A DNA stretch of 64,000 nt from Roseiarcus sp. (GCA_050015575.1 JBEKBD010000001.1:5441-69440); one strand, 5' to 3'. Shown: positions 1 through 11,784, numbered from the stretch's first letter. The notes: generated by a model not told the origin, from the letters alone. Numbers and translations: made by a program.

Positions 1-312
1 CGGCGCGACGTCCTGGCACTCGGCGTCGCGCCAGCCGATCCATTGCGATTGAGCGTCGTTGAGCGAGCGCTTCCAACGCGCCCTCTGCGACGACAGCACG
101 CCCGGGCGCGCCTCGACGTTCTTGATCGCCGCGTCGATGGTCGCCGCGAGGTCCTGGTCGGCGCGGTCGGCGTTGGTGCGCAGGCAGTCGGCGAGCTCGC
201 GGGCGCCGATCTTCTTGGCGTCGCAGGCCAATTGCGAGGGTCGAAGCTCGTCCGCGGCGGCGGCGGTCGCGACCGATGCGGCGAGGGCGGCGGCGAGGAG
301 AAGGATTCGCAT
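1..312 (-). CDS. Secreted LprI/DUF1311-like (lysozyme inhibitor family) protein, 3' end runs off the window
   Basis: Manual translation from ATG at 312: MRILLLAAALAASVATAAAADELRPSQLACDAKK...CLRTNADRADQDL...AQSQWIGWRDAECQ. Signal peptide, paired Cys and AQxxWxxWRDxEC motif typical of DUF1311. Confidence 0.65.
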   Translation of the reverse strand, partial: MRILLLAAALAASVATAAAADELRPSQLACDAKKIGARELADCLRTNADRADQDLAATIDAAIKNVEARPGVLSSQRARWKRSLNDAQSQWIGWRDAECQDVAP

Positions 313-504
313 GATCGAATCATCCCTGGGAGAGATTACCCCATAACGACAAAGCCGGGATTCGCCTAGAGCGCGCATGGCGAAAAGACAAGACCGGCCT
401 GTCGCGAAGACAGGCTTCCTCGCCAAGTCTACAGCGGCGGCCGGCGGCTGTGGAGAAAATTGTCGTGGCGCGGGGCGTCGGGCAAGCGACGGCGCTTGCG
501 GCCG

Positions 505-1134
505 TCAGCTCGGAGGCCGCCGCGATTCGACGATGCGCACGGATTCGGTGAAGGCGGCCTCGACGCTCATCGCGGTGGTGTCGAGCGGGACCGCGTCGGC
601 CGCGGCGCGCAACGGCGCCTCGGAGCGTTGCGAATCGCGGGCGTCGCGTTTGGCGATGTCGGCGAGGATGGCGGCGTAATCGGCTCGCTCGCCGCGCTCG
701 GCGAGCTCCCGCGCGCGCCGCCCCGCGCGCGCCTCGGGGCTGGCGGTGAGGAAAATCTTCACCTCCGCCTCGGGGCAGACCACCGAGCCGATGTCGCGGC
801 CGTCGAGAACGGCGCCGCCGGGCCGCCGGGCGAAATCGCGCTGCGCCGCCAGCAGCGCCGCGCGCACTTGCGGCATGGCGGCGACGATCGAGGCGGCCTC
901 GCCCATTTCGCGTCCGCGCAGCCGCGCCTCGTCGAATTCGGTCGAGTTCGCCGCGCGCGCGGCGGCGACGGCGGCCTCGACGTCGCGCAGGCCGCGGCCG
1001 GCGGCAAGAAGGCTCGCCGCGACGGCGCGGTAGAGCAGGCCGGTGTCGAGATGGGGCAGGCCGTAATGCTCGGCCAGCCGGCGCGCCAGCGTGCCCTTGC
1101 CCGACGCCGCGGGCCCGTCGATGGCGATGATCAT
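505..1134 (-). CDS. cmk: Cytidylate kinase
   Basis: [16 protein letters not shown]-loop, [24 protein letters not shown] motifs. Confidence 0.95.
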   Translation of the reverse strand: MIIAIDGPAASGKGTLARRLAEHYGLPHLDTGLLYRAVAASLLAAGRGLRDVEAAVAAARAANSTEFDEARLRGREMGEAASIVAAMPQVRAALLAAQRDFARRPGGAVLDGRDIGSVVCPEAEVKIFLTASPEARAGRRARELAERGERADYAAILADIAKRDARDSQRSEAPLRAAADAVPLDTTAMSVEAAFTESVRIVESRRPPS

Positions 1135-1323
1135 GCTTGCGCCCCAGCCCCTCTGCGTCGGTCGCCCCGCGGCGCTCATAAGACCCGACGGAGGCGCTGT
1201 CGAATCCGCTTCCCGCCCCCCGGCTCGCGTCGCCGCGAACGTCTTGGCGACCGGCGGGCGGCTGGGATAAAGTGGGCGGACCGGCAGCGACGAATGCGCG
1301 CGCCGGGTTCAGGGGGGACGACA

Positions 1324-2538
1324 ATGAATCTGACGGCGGCGCAAAGAAAGACGATCCTCGCCTCGTTTCTCGGATGGACGCTCGATGCGTTCGACTTCTT
1401 CTTACTGACCTTCCTCATCAGGGACATCGCCAAGGAGTTCGCCGTCGGGGTGCCGCAGGTCGCCTATGCGCTGTTCCTGACCCTGGCGATGCGCTTCGTC
1501 GGCGCCTTCATCTTCGGCCAGATCGGCGACAAGTGGGGCCGCAAGCCGGCGCTGATGCTCGACATCCTCTGCTATTCCGTGATCGGCGCGCTCGCCGCCT
1601 TCGCGCCGAGCCTGTGGGTGTTCTTGGCTCTGCGCGCGCTGTTCGGCGTGGCGATGGGCGGCGAATGGGGCCTCGGCAGTTCGCTGGCGATGGAGTCGAT
1701 TCCGCCGCAGGCGCGCGGCGTCGTCTCCGGCGTCCTGCAGTGCGGCTATCCCACCGGCTTCTTGCTCGCCTCGATCGCCTACGGCCTGCTCTACGGGCGC
1801 ACCTTCGGCGACTACACCGTCGGCTGGCGGGGCATGTTCCTGCTCAGCATATTGCCGGCGTTTCTCGTGCTGTTCATCCGCACCAGCGTGTCCGAATCGC
1901 CCGCCTTCGCCGAGGCGCAGAAGGTCGGCAAAGCGGGCCTGTGGAAGACGGTCGCCGACAACTGGGGACTGGCGCTCTACGCGGTCGTGCTGATGATGTG
2001 CTTCAATTTGTTCAGCCACGGCACGCAGGACCTCTACCCGACCTTCCTGCAGAAGCAGCATAATTTCGATCCGGCCACGGTGAGCTGGATCGCCATCGTC
2101 GCCAATCTCGGCGCCATCGCCGGCGGGCTGTTCTTCGGCGTCATCTCGGAGAAGATCGGCCGCGTCAACGCGATCACCATCGCGGCGGCGATCGCGCTTC
2201 CGGCGCTGCCGCTGTGGGCGTATTCGTCGACGCCCGTCATGCTGGCCGTCGGCGCCTTCGTCATGCAGGTCGGGGTGCAGGGCGCCTGGGGGGTGATCCC
2301 CGCGCATCTCAACGAATTGTCGCCCGGCGCGGTGCGCGCGACGCTGCCGGCGTTCGTCTATCAGGCCGGCAACTTCCTCGCCTCCTACAACGGCCCGTTC
2401 CAGGCCAAGCTCGCCGAGGACCACGGCGGCGATTACGCCTTTGCGCTGGCGCTGACGGCCGCCGTCGTCGCCGTCGCGCTGATCGTCGTCATCCGCTTCA
2501 GCCCGGAGCGGCGCGGCGAGACGCTGAAAGCGCATTGA
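1324..2538 (+). CDS. MFS transporter, sialate/carboxylate (NanT/Jen1-like)
   Basis: SFLGWTLDAFDFF, GQIGDKWGRKP, GVAMGGEWG, SHGTQDLYPTFL, WGVIPAHLNELSP. About 12 hydrophobic segments. ATG at 1324 after GGGGGAC. Confidence 0.85.
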   Translation: MNLTAAQRKTILASFLGWTLDAFDFFLLTFLIRDIAKEFAVGVPQVAYALFLTLAMRFVGAFIFGQIGDKWGRKPALMLDILCYSVIGALAAFAPSLWVFLALRALFGVAMGGEWGLGSSLAMESIPPQARGVVSGVLQCGYPTGFLLASIAYGLLYGRTFGDYTVGWRGMFLLSILPAFLVLFIRTSVSESPAFAEAQKVGKAGLWKTVADNWGLALYAVVLMMCFNLFSHGTQDLYPTFLQKQHNFDPATVSWIAIVANLGAIAGGLFFGVISEKIGRVNAITIAAAIALPALPLWAYSSTPVMLAVGAFVMQVGVQGAWGVIPAHLNELSPGAVRATLPAFVYQAGNFLASYNGPFQAKLAEDHGGDYAFALALTAAVVAVALIVVIRFSPERRGETLKAH

Positions 2539-2542
2539 GGGC

Positions 2543-2563
2543 GGCCCTTGTCCCGCAAGGGCC
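2543..2563 (+). terminator. GC hairpin just after the MFS stop (GGCCCTTG-N5-CAAGGGCC)
   Basis: 8-bp perfect stem 5 nt after TGA. No U-tract, so terminator role is uncertain. Confidence 0.35.
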
Positions 2564-2565
2564 AA

Positions 2566-2888
2566 GGTATTCACAAATCGTTGTCGGTCGGCAGCCACAT
2601 CGGCCCGCCGCCGTCAAGCCGCTGCGCGGCTGCTGCGCTACGCTTCGCCCGCTTCGCGGTGACCGCGCCGGTCCGATGCGGCGAGGCGCCTCCATGATCT
2701 TTGTTGAGCGGCCGGCCCGCAGGGCCGGCCGCTCAACAAAGATCATGGAAACCGACGGCCTGAGCCGCGCGCAGGAGTCAATGTTTGCGAGCGAAGCGAG
2801 CAACCCGCGAAGCGGGCGGGACATTGACGCCGAGCACGGATCAGGCACAGCGGACCCGGAAGGCGTCGAATGGCGAAGTGTGAATCCG
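2566..2888. repeat. Multi-hairpin palindromic element (REP/MITE-like or structured ncRNA) between convergent genes
   Basis: Perfect 28-bp stem 2691-2718/2722-2749 with GCA loop; 14-bp inverted repeat 2646-2659/2805-2818; several GCGAAGC mini-hairpins; terminal pairing 2569-2575/2879-2885. Confidence 0.7.
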
Positions 2889-2935
2889 GTAGCCCGCAAG
2901 ACGGACCAAGCGGGCGGCATCGAGCGAAAACCGGT

Positions 2936-4090
2936 TCAGTCCAGCCGCGCCACCACCGCGAGGCGCTTGACTTGCCCCTGCTGAAACGCGTGCAGGAACG
3001 CGTCGTAGTCTTTGAACGACACGCAGCCGTTGGAATCGCCGTTCGGGCCGAGCATATAGGAGTGCGCGAGCAGGCCCGCGCGTCCGTAGACGTCGCCGTC
3101 GCCGATCGGCGTGAGGCGCAGCGCCAGCACGCCGTGGAACGGCTCCTCGCGCGGCCCCAGTTCATAGAGGGCCGGCGGCGTCGCGCCGCGCATGCGTTCG
3201 TTGACGTAACGGGGATCGTCGAGCCGATCGCCCAGCCCCGAGTGCGCCTCCAGCCGCGTTCCATCGGGCAGATAGACCGTGCGCGCCGAGATGTCGTAGA
3301 CGGCGGTCCACTGGTCGTATCCCGGCGGCGGCGCCGAGCGGGCGAAGATCGAAAAGCCGGACGTGCGATCCGCCGCGGCGCCTCGCGCGCCGCTTTCCGG
3401 CGTTGCGGCGGCGACGGCGGCGCTGGACGGACGCCCGGTCGCGAACAGCCGCTGGAAGAGGTTGCGATCGTCGGCCGCGGGCGCGGGCGTTTCGGCGACC
3501 CGCGGCGCGCGGCGGTCGGGCTCGACGGCGGGCGTCAGCGAGGCGAATTCCGTGGGACGAGCCGGCGGCAGCGGCGCGGCGTCGTCGATCCGCGCGACGT
3601 CCCGCTTCGGCGGCAACGGGACGTCCGGCGGCGCCGGGATCGGCGCGGCGGCGGGCGGGGCGGCTTTTAGGCTCGCCAGCGCCGCCGGCTCGGCGCCCGG
3701 CGCGCCCGGCAGAAAGTCGGGGAAGAGATCGACCAGCCCGCCGTAGGGACTGGGGCCATTCTCCGCCGCGGCGACGGCCGGCGCGGCGTCGTCGAGGCTC
3801 GCCCGCAGGGGAAAGTCGGGACGCGGCGCGGCCGGCCCGGCGTCGGCGAGGAAATCGACCAACCCGCCGTAGGGATTGGCGAGCATTCTCTCTGCGATCG
3901 GCGCCGCCGCGGCGGGACGGAGCATGGCGAATTGCGGGGCGGCGGCCGGGCGCGCGTGCGCGACCCACGCCTCCATCCCCGCGCCGAAGGCCAGCGCGAC
4001 GCCCCAGGGAAGGAGCCACATCAGGCTTGGGCGAGGATCGCGCGCGCGGTCGAACGGGACTGGGTCGAATATCGGGTCGATTGCCTGCAT
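2936..4090 (-). CDS. DUF2778 (Tlde1-like L,D-transpeptidase-fold) protein with N-terminal membrane anchor and Pro/Ala-rich linker
   Basis: AVYDISARTVYLPDGTRLEAHSGLG, RMRGATPP, ALRLTP, LLAHSYMLGPNGDSNGCVSF C-terminal domain; hydrophobic LMWLLPWGVALAFGAG. Confidence 0.8.
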   Translation of the reverse strand: MQAIDPIFDPVPFDRARDPRPSLMWLLPWGVALAFGAGMEAWVAHARPAAAPQFAMLRPAAAAPIAERMLANPYGGLVDFLADAGPAAPRPDFPLRASLDDAAPAVAAAENGPSPYGGLVDLFPDFLPGAPGAEPAALASLKAAPPAAAPIPAPPDVPLPPKRDVARIDDAAPLPPARPTEFASLTPAVEPDRRAPRVAETPAPAADDRNLFQRLFATGRPSSAAVAAATPESGARGAAADRTSGFSIFARSAPPPGYDQWTAVYDISARTVYLPDGTRLEAHSGLGDRLDDPRYVNERMRGATPPALYELGPREEPFHGVLALRLTPIGDGDVYGRAGLLAHSYMLGPNGDSNGCVSFKDYDAFLHAFQQGQVKRLAVVARLD

Positions 4091-4142
4091 GCTTCGCCTA
4101 CGCACACGCCTCACAGAGGGGGGTGAGTTTGTAGGGAACACG

Positions 4143-4158
4143 TTAAGACCCGATTAAC
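4143..4158. promoter_or_regulatory. CtrA box upstream of the DUF2778 gene
   Basis: TTAA-gacccga-TTAAC, exact TTAA-N7-TTAAC, about 50 bp upstream of the start codon. Confidence 0.75.
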
Positions 4159-4313
4159 CCCCGCTCGCAGCGTAAGACCAGCGAAATGGCTAAGTTGCGG
4201 CGGCTGCTGCCTTTTTTCGGCCACGACCGTTAACGCGATCCGCTTTGGCGGGGCGGGCGCGGGCGCAGCCGGACGGCGCATGGGGAGGCGGGTCGCGGCG
4301 CGCAGCCGCGCGC

Positions 4314-6809
<2,496 letters not shown>

Positions 6810-6867
6810 GACGCGAATATGGGGGGAAAGCGGCGCGGGGGGAAGGCGGAGAGAGAGGGGCCGCCGA

Positions 6868-7167
6868 TCACTGTGACGCCGGCCGGTCGGCGACGATCGA
6901 CAGCTTCACGCCGAGCGCGCGCAGCACGGCGCTGACGGTTTCGTAACGCGGATGCGCGCCTGCGCTCAACGCCTTGTAGAGGCTTTCGCGGCCGAGCCCC
7001 GCGTCCCTGGCGATCTGCGCCATGCCGCGAGCCTTGGCGACATCGCCGAGCGCGGCGACGAACACGTCGGCGTTCGGGTCTTCGGCGGCGACGGAAAGAT
7101 ATTCGGCGATGAGTTCGTCATTGTCGAGATAGGCCGCCGCGTCGAAGGGCGCGTAGGTCGTCGTCAT
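6868..7167 (-). CDS. Addiction-module antidote (HI1420-like HTH antitoxin)
   Basis: FDAAAYLD...[40 protein letters not shown]. Start overlaps the toxin stop. Confidence 0.9.
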   Translation of the reverse strand: MTTTYAPFDAAAYLDNDELIAEYLSVAAEDPNADVFVAALGDVAKARGMAQIARDAGLGRESLYKALSAGAHPRYETVSAVLRALGVKLSIVADRPASQ

Positions 7168-7469
7168 AGTTTCATCTCCTTCAATTGGCGCGCCATGGCC
7201 TTCGCTCGCGCGATGTCCCGCTTCTGGGTGGACTTGTCGCCGCCAGTGAGCAGAACGAAAACCGTCGCCCCGTTTCGTGCGAAATAGACCCGATAACCCG
7301 CTCCGGCGTGGACGCGCATTTCGGAAACGCCCTCTCCGACCGGCTCGCAGTCGCCGAAGTTGCCGAAGGTCGCGCTGCGCAAGCGCGCCAAAATCCTCGC
7401 CTTCGCCTTCATGTCGGCGAGCTCCGACAACCATCGATCGAAGTCTGAAGACCGAACAAGGAGGTTCAT
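7164..7469 (-). CDS. Addiction-module killer, RelE/ParE-family toxin (HI1419-like)
   Basis: FDRWLSELADMKAKARILARL...GNFGDCEPVGEGVSEMRVHAGAGYRVYF...LLTGGDKSTQKRDI. ATG 7469 preferred because ATG 7487 lies inside the operator. Confidence 0.9.
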   Translation of the reverse strand: MNLLVRSSDFDRWLSELADMKAKARILARLRSATFGNFGDCEPVGEGVSEMRVHAGAGYRVYFARNGATVFVLLTGGDKSTQKRDIARAKAMARQLKEMKL

Positions 7470-7473
7470 GCCG

Positions 7474-7504
7474 GCATTAGTATCCATATGGATACATAAT
7501 GCAA
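7474..7504 (-). promoter_or_regulatory. TA promoter with palindromic operator
   Basis: Perfect 16-bp palindrome GTATCCATATGGATAC (7480-7495) extended by GCATTA/TAATGC. It lies between a TTGCAT -35 (7499-7504) and a TACTAAT -10-like element. Confidence 0.7.
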
Positions 7505-7575
7505 CCCCGTTTTACGCCCGCGTGTCCGCACATCTGGTAGGCGGATTTCCCCGCACAGGGGGACAGGGAGCGCGG

Positions 7576-8181
7576 CTAGAGCCACGGATGCGCGGCGGCG
7601 GCCTTCTTTTCGTGGGCCGCGATGGCGGGGGCCTCGACCATGGTCAGGCCGATGTCGTCGAGCCCCTCGAGCAGACAATGCTTGCGGAAGGCGTCGATGG
7701 CGAACGTGACGACGCCGCCGTCGGGACCGCGGATTTCCTGCGCCGCGAGGTCGACCGTCAACGTCGCGTTGGCGCCGCGGCGCGCGTCGTCCATCAGCTT
7801 CTCCAGGTCGTCGGGCGCGACTTTCACCGGCAGAATGCCGTTCTTGAAGCAGTTGTTGTAGAAGATGTCGGCGAAGTCGGTCGAGATCACGCAACGAATG
7901 CCGAAATCGAGCAGCGCCCACGGCGCGTGTTCGCGCGACGAGCCGCAGCCGAAATTGTCGCCGGCGACGATGATCTTGGCGTTGGCGTAGGCGGGCTTGT
8001 TGAGCACGAAGTCGGGGTTGGGCGAGCCGTCGTCGCGGTAGCGCATCTCGGCGAACAGGCCGGCGCCCAGCCCGGTGCGCTTGATCGTCTTCAGATATTG
8101 CTTGGGGATGATCATGTCGGTGTCGACATTGTCGATCTCGAGCGGCGCGGCGACGCCGGTCAACGTCGTGAATTTGTCCAT
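7576..8181 (-). CDS. leuD: 3-isopropylmalate dehydratase small subunit
   Basis: [56 protein letters not shown]. Confidence 0.97.
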   Translation of the reverse strand: MDKFTTLTGVAAPLEIDNVDTDMIIPKQYLKTIKRTGLGAGLFAEMRYRDDGSPNPDFVLNKPAYANAKIIVAGDNFGCGSSREHAPWALLDFGIRCVISTDFADIFYNNCFKNGILPVKVAPDDLEKLMDDARRGANATLTVDLAAQEIRGPDGGVVTFAIDAFRKHCLLEGLDDIGLTMVEAPAIAAHEKKAAAAHPWL

Positions 8182-8282
8182 CGCGCGGATTCCGCCATCC
8201 TGATAAGACTCTCGGCCGAAGCGTCTAGCAAAAGCGCGCCAGGGGGGCAAACGCCGCTCGTCTTTTTTCCAGGCTCCGTTTC

Positions 8283-9413
8283 ATGACCGCGTCCTCCCCC
8301 GCCGGCGCGCCCGGCGTGCTCACCATCGACCTCGCGGCGCTCGCCGCAAATTGGCGCCGGCTGGCGCGCCGCGCCGCGCCGGCGGAGTGCGCGGCGGTGA
8401 TCAAGGCCGACGGCTACGGTCTGGGCCTCGCCATCGTCGCATCGACGCTCTATCGCGCGGGCTGCCGCACGTTCTTCGTCGCCCATCTCGAAGAGGGACG
8501 CCGCGCCCGCGCGGCGCTGCCGCAGAGGGATGCGCGCCTCTACGCGCTCAACGGCTTGCAGAGCGACGCGGACCCGCAAGCCGACTACGCCGCGCTCCGC
8601 CTCGCGCCAGTAATCGGCAGCGCCGAGGAATTCGCGCGCTGGGCCGCCTTCGCCGCGACGCGAGCCGCGCCGCCGCCGTGCGCGCTGCATCTCGACACCG
8701 GCATGAACCGGCTCGGCTTCGCGTCTCTCGAGGACTTGCGCGCCGCGACGGCGCGCCATGGCGGAACCTGCGGCGCCGACCTGCTGATGAGCCATTTCGT
8801 TTCCTCCGAAGAGCCGGACAATCCGCTCAACGCGGCTCAGATCGCGCGTTTCGAGCAGGCGCGCGCGGCGTTTCCCGCGCTCGCCGCCTCGCTCGCCAAT
8901 TCCTCCGGATTGTTCCTGGGCCCGCGCCCCATGTACGACCTCGCCCGGCCGGGCTACGCGCTCTACGGCGGCAATCCGACGCCGGGCGCGCTCAATCCGA
9001 TGAAGCCCGTCGTCACGCTCGACATCGCCATCCAGCAGACGCGATGGATCGAGGCGGGCGAGAGCTGCGGCTACAACGGCCAATGGACGGCGCGCCGGCG
9101 CACGCGCCTCGCCACGCTGCTCGTCGGCTACGCCGACGGCTTGCCGCGCGGCGCCGGCGCGCTCGACGGACGCGCGGGCGCCGAGGCGGTCATCGCCGGG
9201 CGGCGCTGCCCGCTGGTCGGGCGCATGTCGATGGACCTGACCATCGCCGACGTCACCGATGTCCCCGAGGACGAGGCCCGGCCGGGCGATTTGGCGCGGT
9301 TGCTGGGCGAAGAGATCGGCGTCGACGAATTCGCGTCGCGATCGGGAACGATCGGCTACGTCGTGCTGACGAGCCTGGGGGCGCGCTACGCCAGGCGCAT
9401 CGTCGAGGGATAG
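8283..9413 (+). CDS. alr: Alanine racemase
   Basis: AVIKADGYG PLP lysine, LHLDTGMNRLG, MSHF, SLANS, RPGYALYG, GYADG, GRMSMD. Confidence 0.95.
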   Translation: MTASSPAGAPGVLTIDLAALAANWRRLARRAAPAECAAVIKADGYGLGLAIVASTLYRAGCRTFFVAHLEEGRRARAALPQRDARLYALNGLQSDADPQADYAALRLAPVIGSAEEFARWAAFAATRAAPPPCALHLDTGMNRLGFASLEDLRAATARHGGTCGADLLMSHFVSSEEPDNPLNAAQIARFEQARAAFPALAASLANSSGLFLGPRPMYDLARPGYALYGGNPTPGALNPMKPVVTLDIAIQQTRWIEAGESCGYNGQWTARRRTRLATLLVGYADGLPRGAGALDGRAGAEAVIAGRRCPLVGRMSMDLTIADVTDVPEDEARPGDLARLLGEEIGVDEFASRSGTIGYVVLTSLGARYARRIVEG

Positions 9414-9589
9414 GGATCGGCCGGCGAATCGTGATGGAAAGGGAGATGGCGCAATCGCGGCTCAGGCATGTCGACAAAGCCGAGCCGGCGCAGCATGAGC
9501 CTGAGGCCGACGGCCATCCGGGGATGTCGGGCCACATGATTGCGGTTGCGACTTTATCGATGGCGCGGCTTCCCTTTTGAGGACCCCCA

Positions 9590-10099
9590 ATGCTCAACGG
9601 CTGGGACAATTTCTTCATTTTGGCCGGTAGCGCGGCCGCGACGATGATCGGGCTGCTGTTCGTCGCCATCACGGTCGGCGCCCAAATGTCTACGCCGCAG
9701 GGATTAAATGCCACCCGCGCCTTCTTGACGCCGACGCTCATTCTTTTCGGCAGCGTGCTATGGCAGTGCTTGGCCTCGCTGGCGCCATGGCCGTCCGCGT
9801 GGCCGCTCGCGATCATTCTGGGCTCGGGCGGGCTGGTCGGCCTCGTGTTGCAAATTCACGTCGTCCTCATGCAGCGTAAGATCGATTTCGCCTCGCTCGA
9901 TTGGCTCGACTGGACTCTGTTTTCGCTCGCGCCGGCGCTCGGTTATGCGAGCCTGATCGCCGGGGCGACCGGATTGATCGCCGGGAAATCCTTCGCGCCC
10001 TACGCCATCGCGGGCGCGATCACGCTGTTGCTGTTCGCCGGCGTCTACGGCGCATGGGACCTCACGTTGTGGATCGCCAGGAACCGGGACAAGACCTAA
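9590..10099 (+). CDS. Uncharacterised multi-pass membrane protein (paralog 1)
   Basis: About 5 hydrophobic segments; N-terminal WxNFF...GSAAATMIGLLFVAITV; SD GAGGA upstream. Confidence 0.75.
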   Translation: MLNGWDNFFILAGSAAATMIGLLFVAITVGAQMSTPQGLNATRAFLTPTLILFGSVLWQCLASLAPWPSAWPLAIILGSGGLVGLVLQIHVVLMQRKIDFASLDWLDWTLFSLAPALGYASLIAGATGLIAGKSFAPYAIAGAITLLLFAGVYGAWDLTLWIARNRDKT

Positions 10100-10225
10100 C
10101 GGCGCGACCGCCCGCCGCGCCGCGTCGCCGACTCTGGAATTTCGGCGCGCGCCGCGCTAAGGGAGGCGAGCGAGCGAGAGCGGCGCGAAGCGAATCGGGT
10201 CGCCGTCGCCGGGAACGAAGCCGCC

Positions 10226-10444
10226 ATGAACAGACTGGAAAAGCCCCCGTCCGCCGCGGCGGAGGCGCAAGTGCAATATCTCGACGCCGACATTCGCGTC
10301 GTGCGTCCCGGCGGGTTCGTCCGTTGCGCCGTGACCGGCGCGCCCATCCCGCTCGACGAACTGCGCTATTGGAGCGTCGACCTGCAGGAGGCCTACGCCG
10401 GCCCCGAGGCCGTCCTCGAGCGCCTGCGCAGCCGGCGGCGTTGA
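10226..10444 (+). CDS. DUF2093 family protein
   Basis: EAQVQYLDADIRVVRPGGFVRCAVTGAPIPLDELRYWSVDLQEAY. Confidence 0.85.
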   Translation: MNRLEKPPSAAAEAQVQYLDADIRVVRPGGFVRCAVTGAPIPLDELRYWSVDLQEAYAGPEAVLERLRSRRR

Positions 10445-10573
10445 CATCGCGTTTCAGCGGTCCGAAGAACGCCTCGGGCTCGCGCCGTGCGAGCGGCGCG
10501 CCCGGCCTGCGGACGCATCCGACGCGCTCGGCGCTGCCGGCGTGAGGCGCGGCCTACAGCGAGGCGACGGCCC

Positions 10574-11077
10574 ATGCAGCCTTGGTCGCAGTTCTACGCC
10601 ACGATCGGCCCCGCATCGGCGGCGCTGCTCGGCTTGCTCTTCGTCGCCGTCTCGATCAACGCCTCGGCCGCGCTCGGCCCCGACGAGGCGGCATCCCGGC
10701 GCCTGACGGAACAGGCCTTCCAGAACTATCTCGCGGTGATGATGGTCGCGCTGTTGGCGCTGTTTCCCGCCATTAGCACGAGGACTTTCGGCGCGGTGAC
10801 CCTCCTCTGCGCCGCGGGCTGGTCGGTCTGGGTCGTCGTCCGCTTCGGTCAGACGGTCGCCCAGCGCCTGGAATGGGGGTTCTGGCTGCACGCCCTTCGC
10901 CGCCACGGCGCCTCGCTCGCCGGGTTCTCGATCCTGATGGTCGTCGCGCTACGCATGGCGTTGAACTGGGGCGCCGATTACAGTTGGCTTGCCGCCTCTA
11001 CGTTGGCGCTGCTGTTCTCGGCGACGACGGTCTCCTGGGAGCTGCTGGGGCGGATCGCCAATCGCAAGCCGGGATGA
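10574..11077 (+). CDS. Uncharacterised multi-pass membrane protein (paralog 2)
   Basis: MQPWSQFYATIGPASAALLGLLFVAVSIN, same N-terminal motif and C-terminal W as 9590-10099. Confidence 0.75.
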   Translation: MQPWSQFYATIGPASAALLGLLFVAVSINASAALGPDEAASRRLTEQAFQNYLAVMMVALLALFPAISTRTFGAVTLLCAAGWSVWVVVRFGQTVAQRLEWGFWLHALRRHGASLAGFSILMVVALRMALNWGADYSWLAASTLALLFSATTVSWELLGRIANRKPG

Positions 11078-11193
11078 ACCTTCCCACTCGCCGCCCGCCG
11101 CGACTTCGCCGAGGGCGAAGAGGCTCGTCGCCGTTCGCTTTTTCTCGCCGGTCGACAAAACGCGGCGAAGGCGCGCGCGGCGTGAAAAAAACT

Positions 11194-11218
11194 CCCTTCT
11201 CCCGCAAGGGGAGAAGGG
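11194..11218. terminator. Hairpin between convergent genes (CCCTTCTCCC-GCAAG-GGGAGAAGGG)
   Basis: 10-bp perfect stem preceded by an A-run at 11185-11191, so it could terminate minus-strand transcription. Confidence 0.5.
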
Positions 11219-11250
11219 GCGCGCCTCGTCTCGGACTGCGATGGCACCGC

Positions 11251-11592
11251 TCAGCTTTGGCCGGACTTGCCCACGATCGCCGGAAGATGCTGAGCCAGCA
11301 GATTGAGCGCGACGTTCGGGTCGACGCCGAAGTGTTGCGCGAGCTGCTTGACCTGATCGCTTCCCAGCGCCGCCTGGATCTGTTGCGGCGTGACGGTGAG
11401 ATTGGGGCCGTTGGCGAGCCAGGACTGGACTTGCGCGCCCAAGCCTCCCTGCTGCAATTGCGCCACCACGCCTTGCAGATCGCCGAGGTTGGTCTTCGCC
11501 AAGGCTGCCGGGAGCACGGCTTGCAGCTCCTCCGCGCCGATTTGGCCCAATGCGCTCTTGAGTCCGCCGGTCAAGTTGTCGAGAAGTCCCAT
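11251..11592 (-). CDS. YidB/DUF937 family protein
   Basis: MGLLDNL...LQQGGLGAQVQSWLANGPNLTVTPQQIQAALGSDQVKQLAQHFG...LAQHLP. Confidence 0.85.
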   Translation of the reverse strand: MGLLDNLTGGLKSALGQIGAEELQAVLPAALAKTNLGDLQGVVAQLQQGGLGAQVQSWLANGPNLTVTPQQIQAALGSDQVKQLAQHFGVDPNVALNLLAQHLPAIVGKSGQS

Positions 11593-11696
11593 GGTTCGCT
11601 CCGCTGGGCCGGCGCTGCGCCATCGCGGCCGGCGTGTACGATCATGTTGCCTGTCCATGCGCGGCCTGACAAGCCCAAGCCTGTCGCGACCAGGCC

Positions 11697-11733
11697 AAAG
11701 AGAAGGGCCGCCCCTTGCGGGAGCGGCCCTTCC
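11697..11733 (-). terminator. Rho-independent terminator candidate after the small ORF
   Basis: Minus strand AAGGGCCGC-U-CCC-GCAA-GGG-GCGGCCCUU followed by CUCUUU. Confidence 0.6.
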
Positions 11734-11784
11734 ATTGTCGCGACCACGCACAGATCGCTCGAGGTCTGGATCGCCTAGCGGCGA

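Noticed and set aside
6810-6867. LexA box before uvrB
   Set aside because: No GTTC-N7-GTTC match in this interval.
9450-9544. Nested stems and a 48-codon ORF between alr and the membrane gene
   Set aside because: Short GC-rich stems with no recognisable riboswitch motif, and the peptide has no recognisable features.
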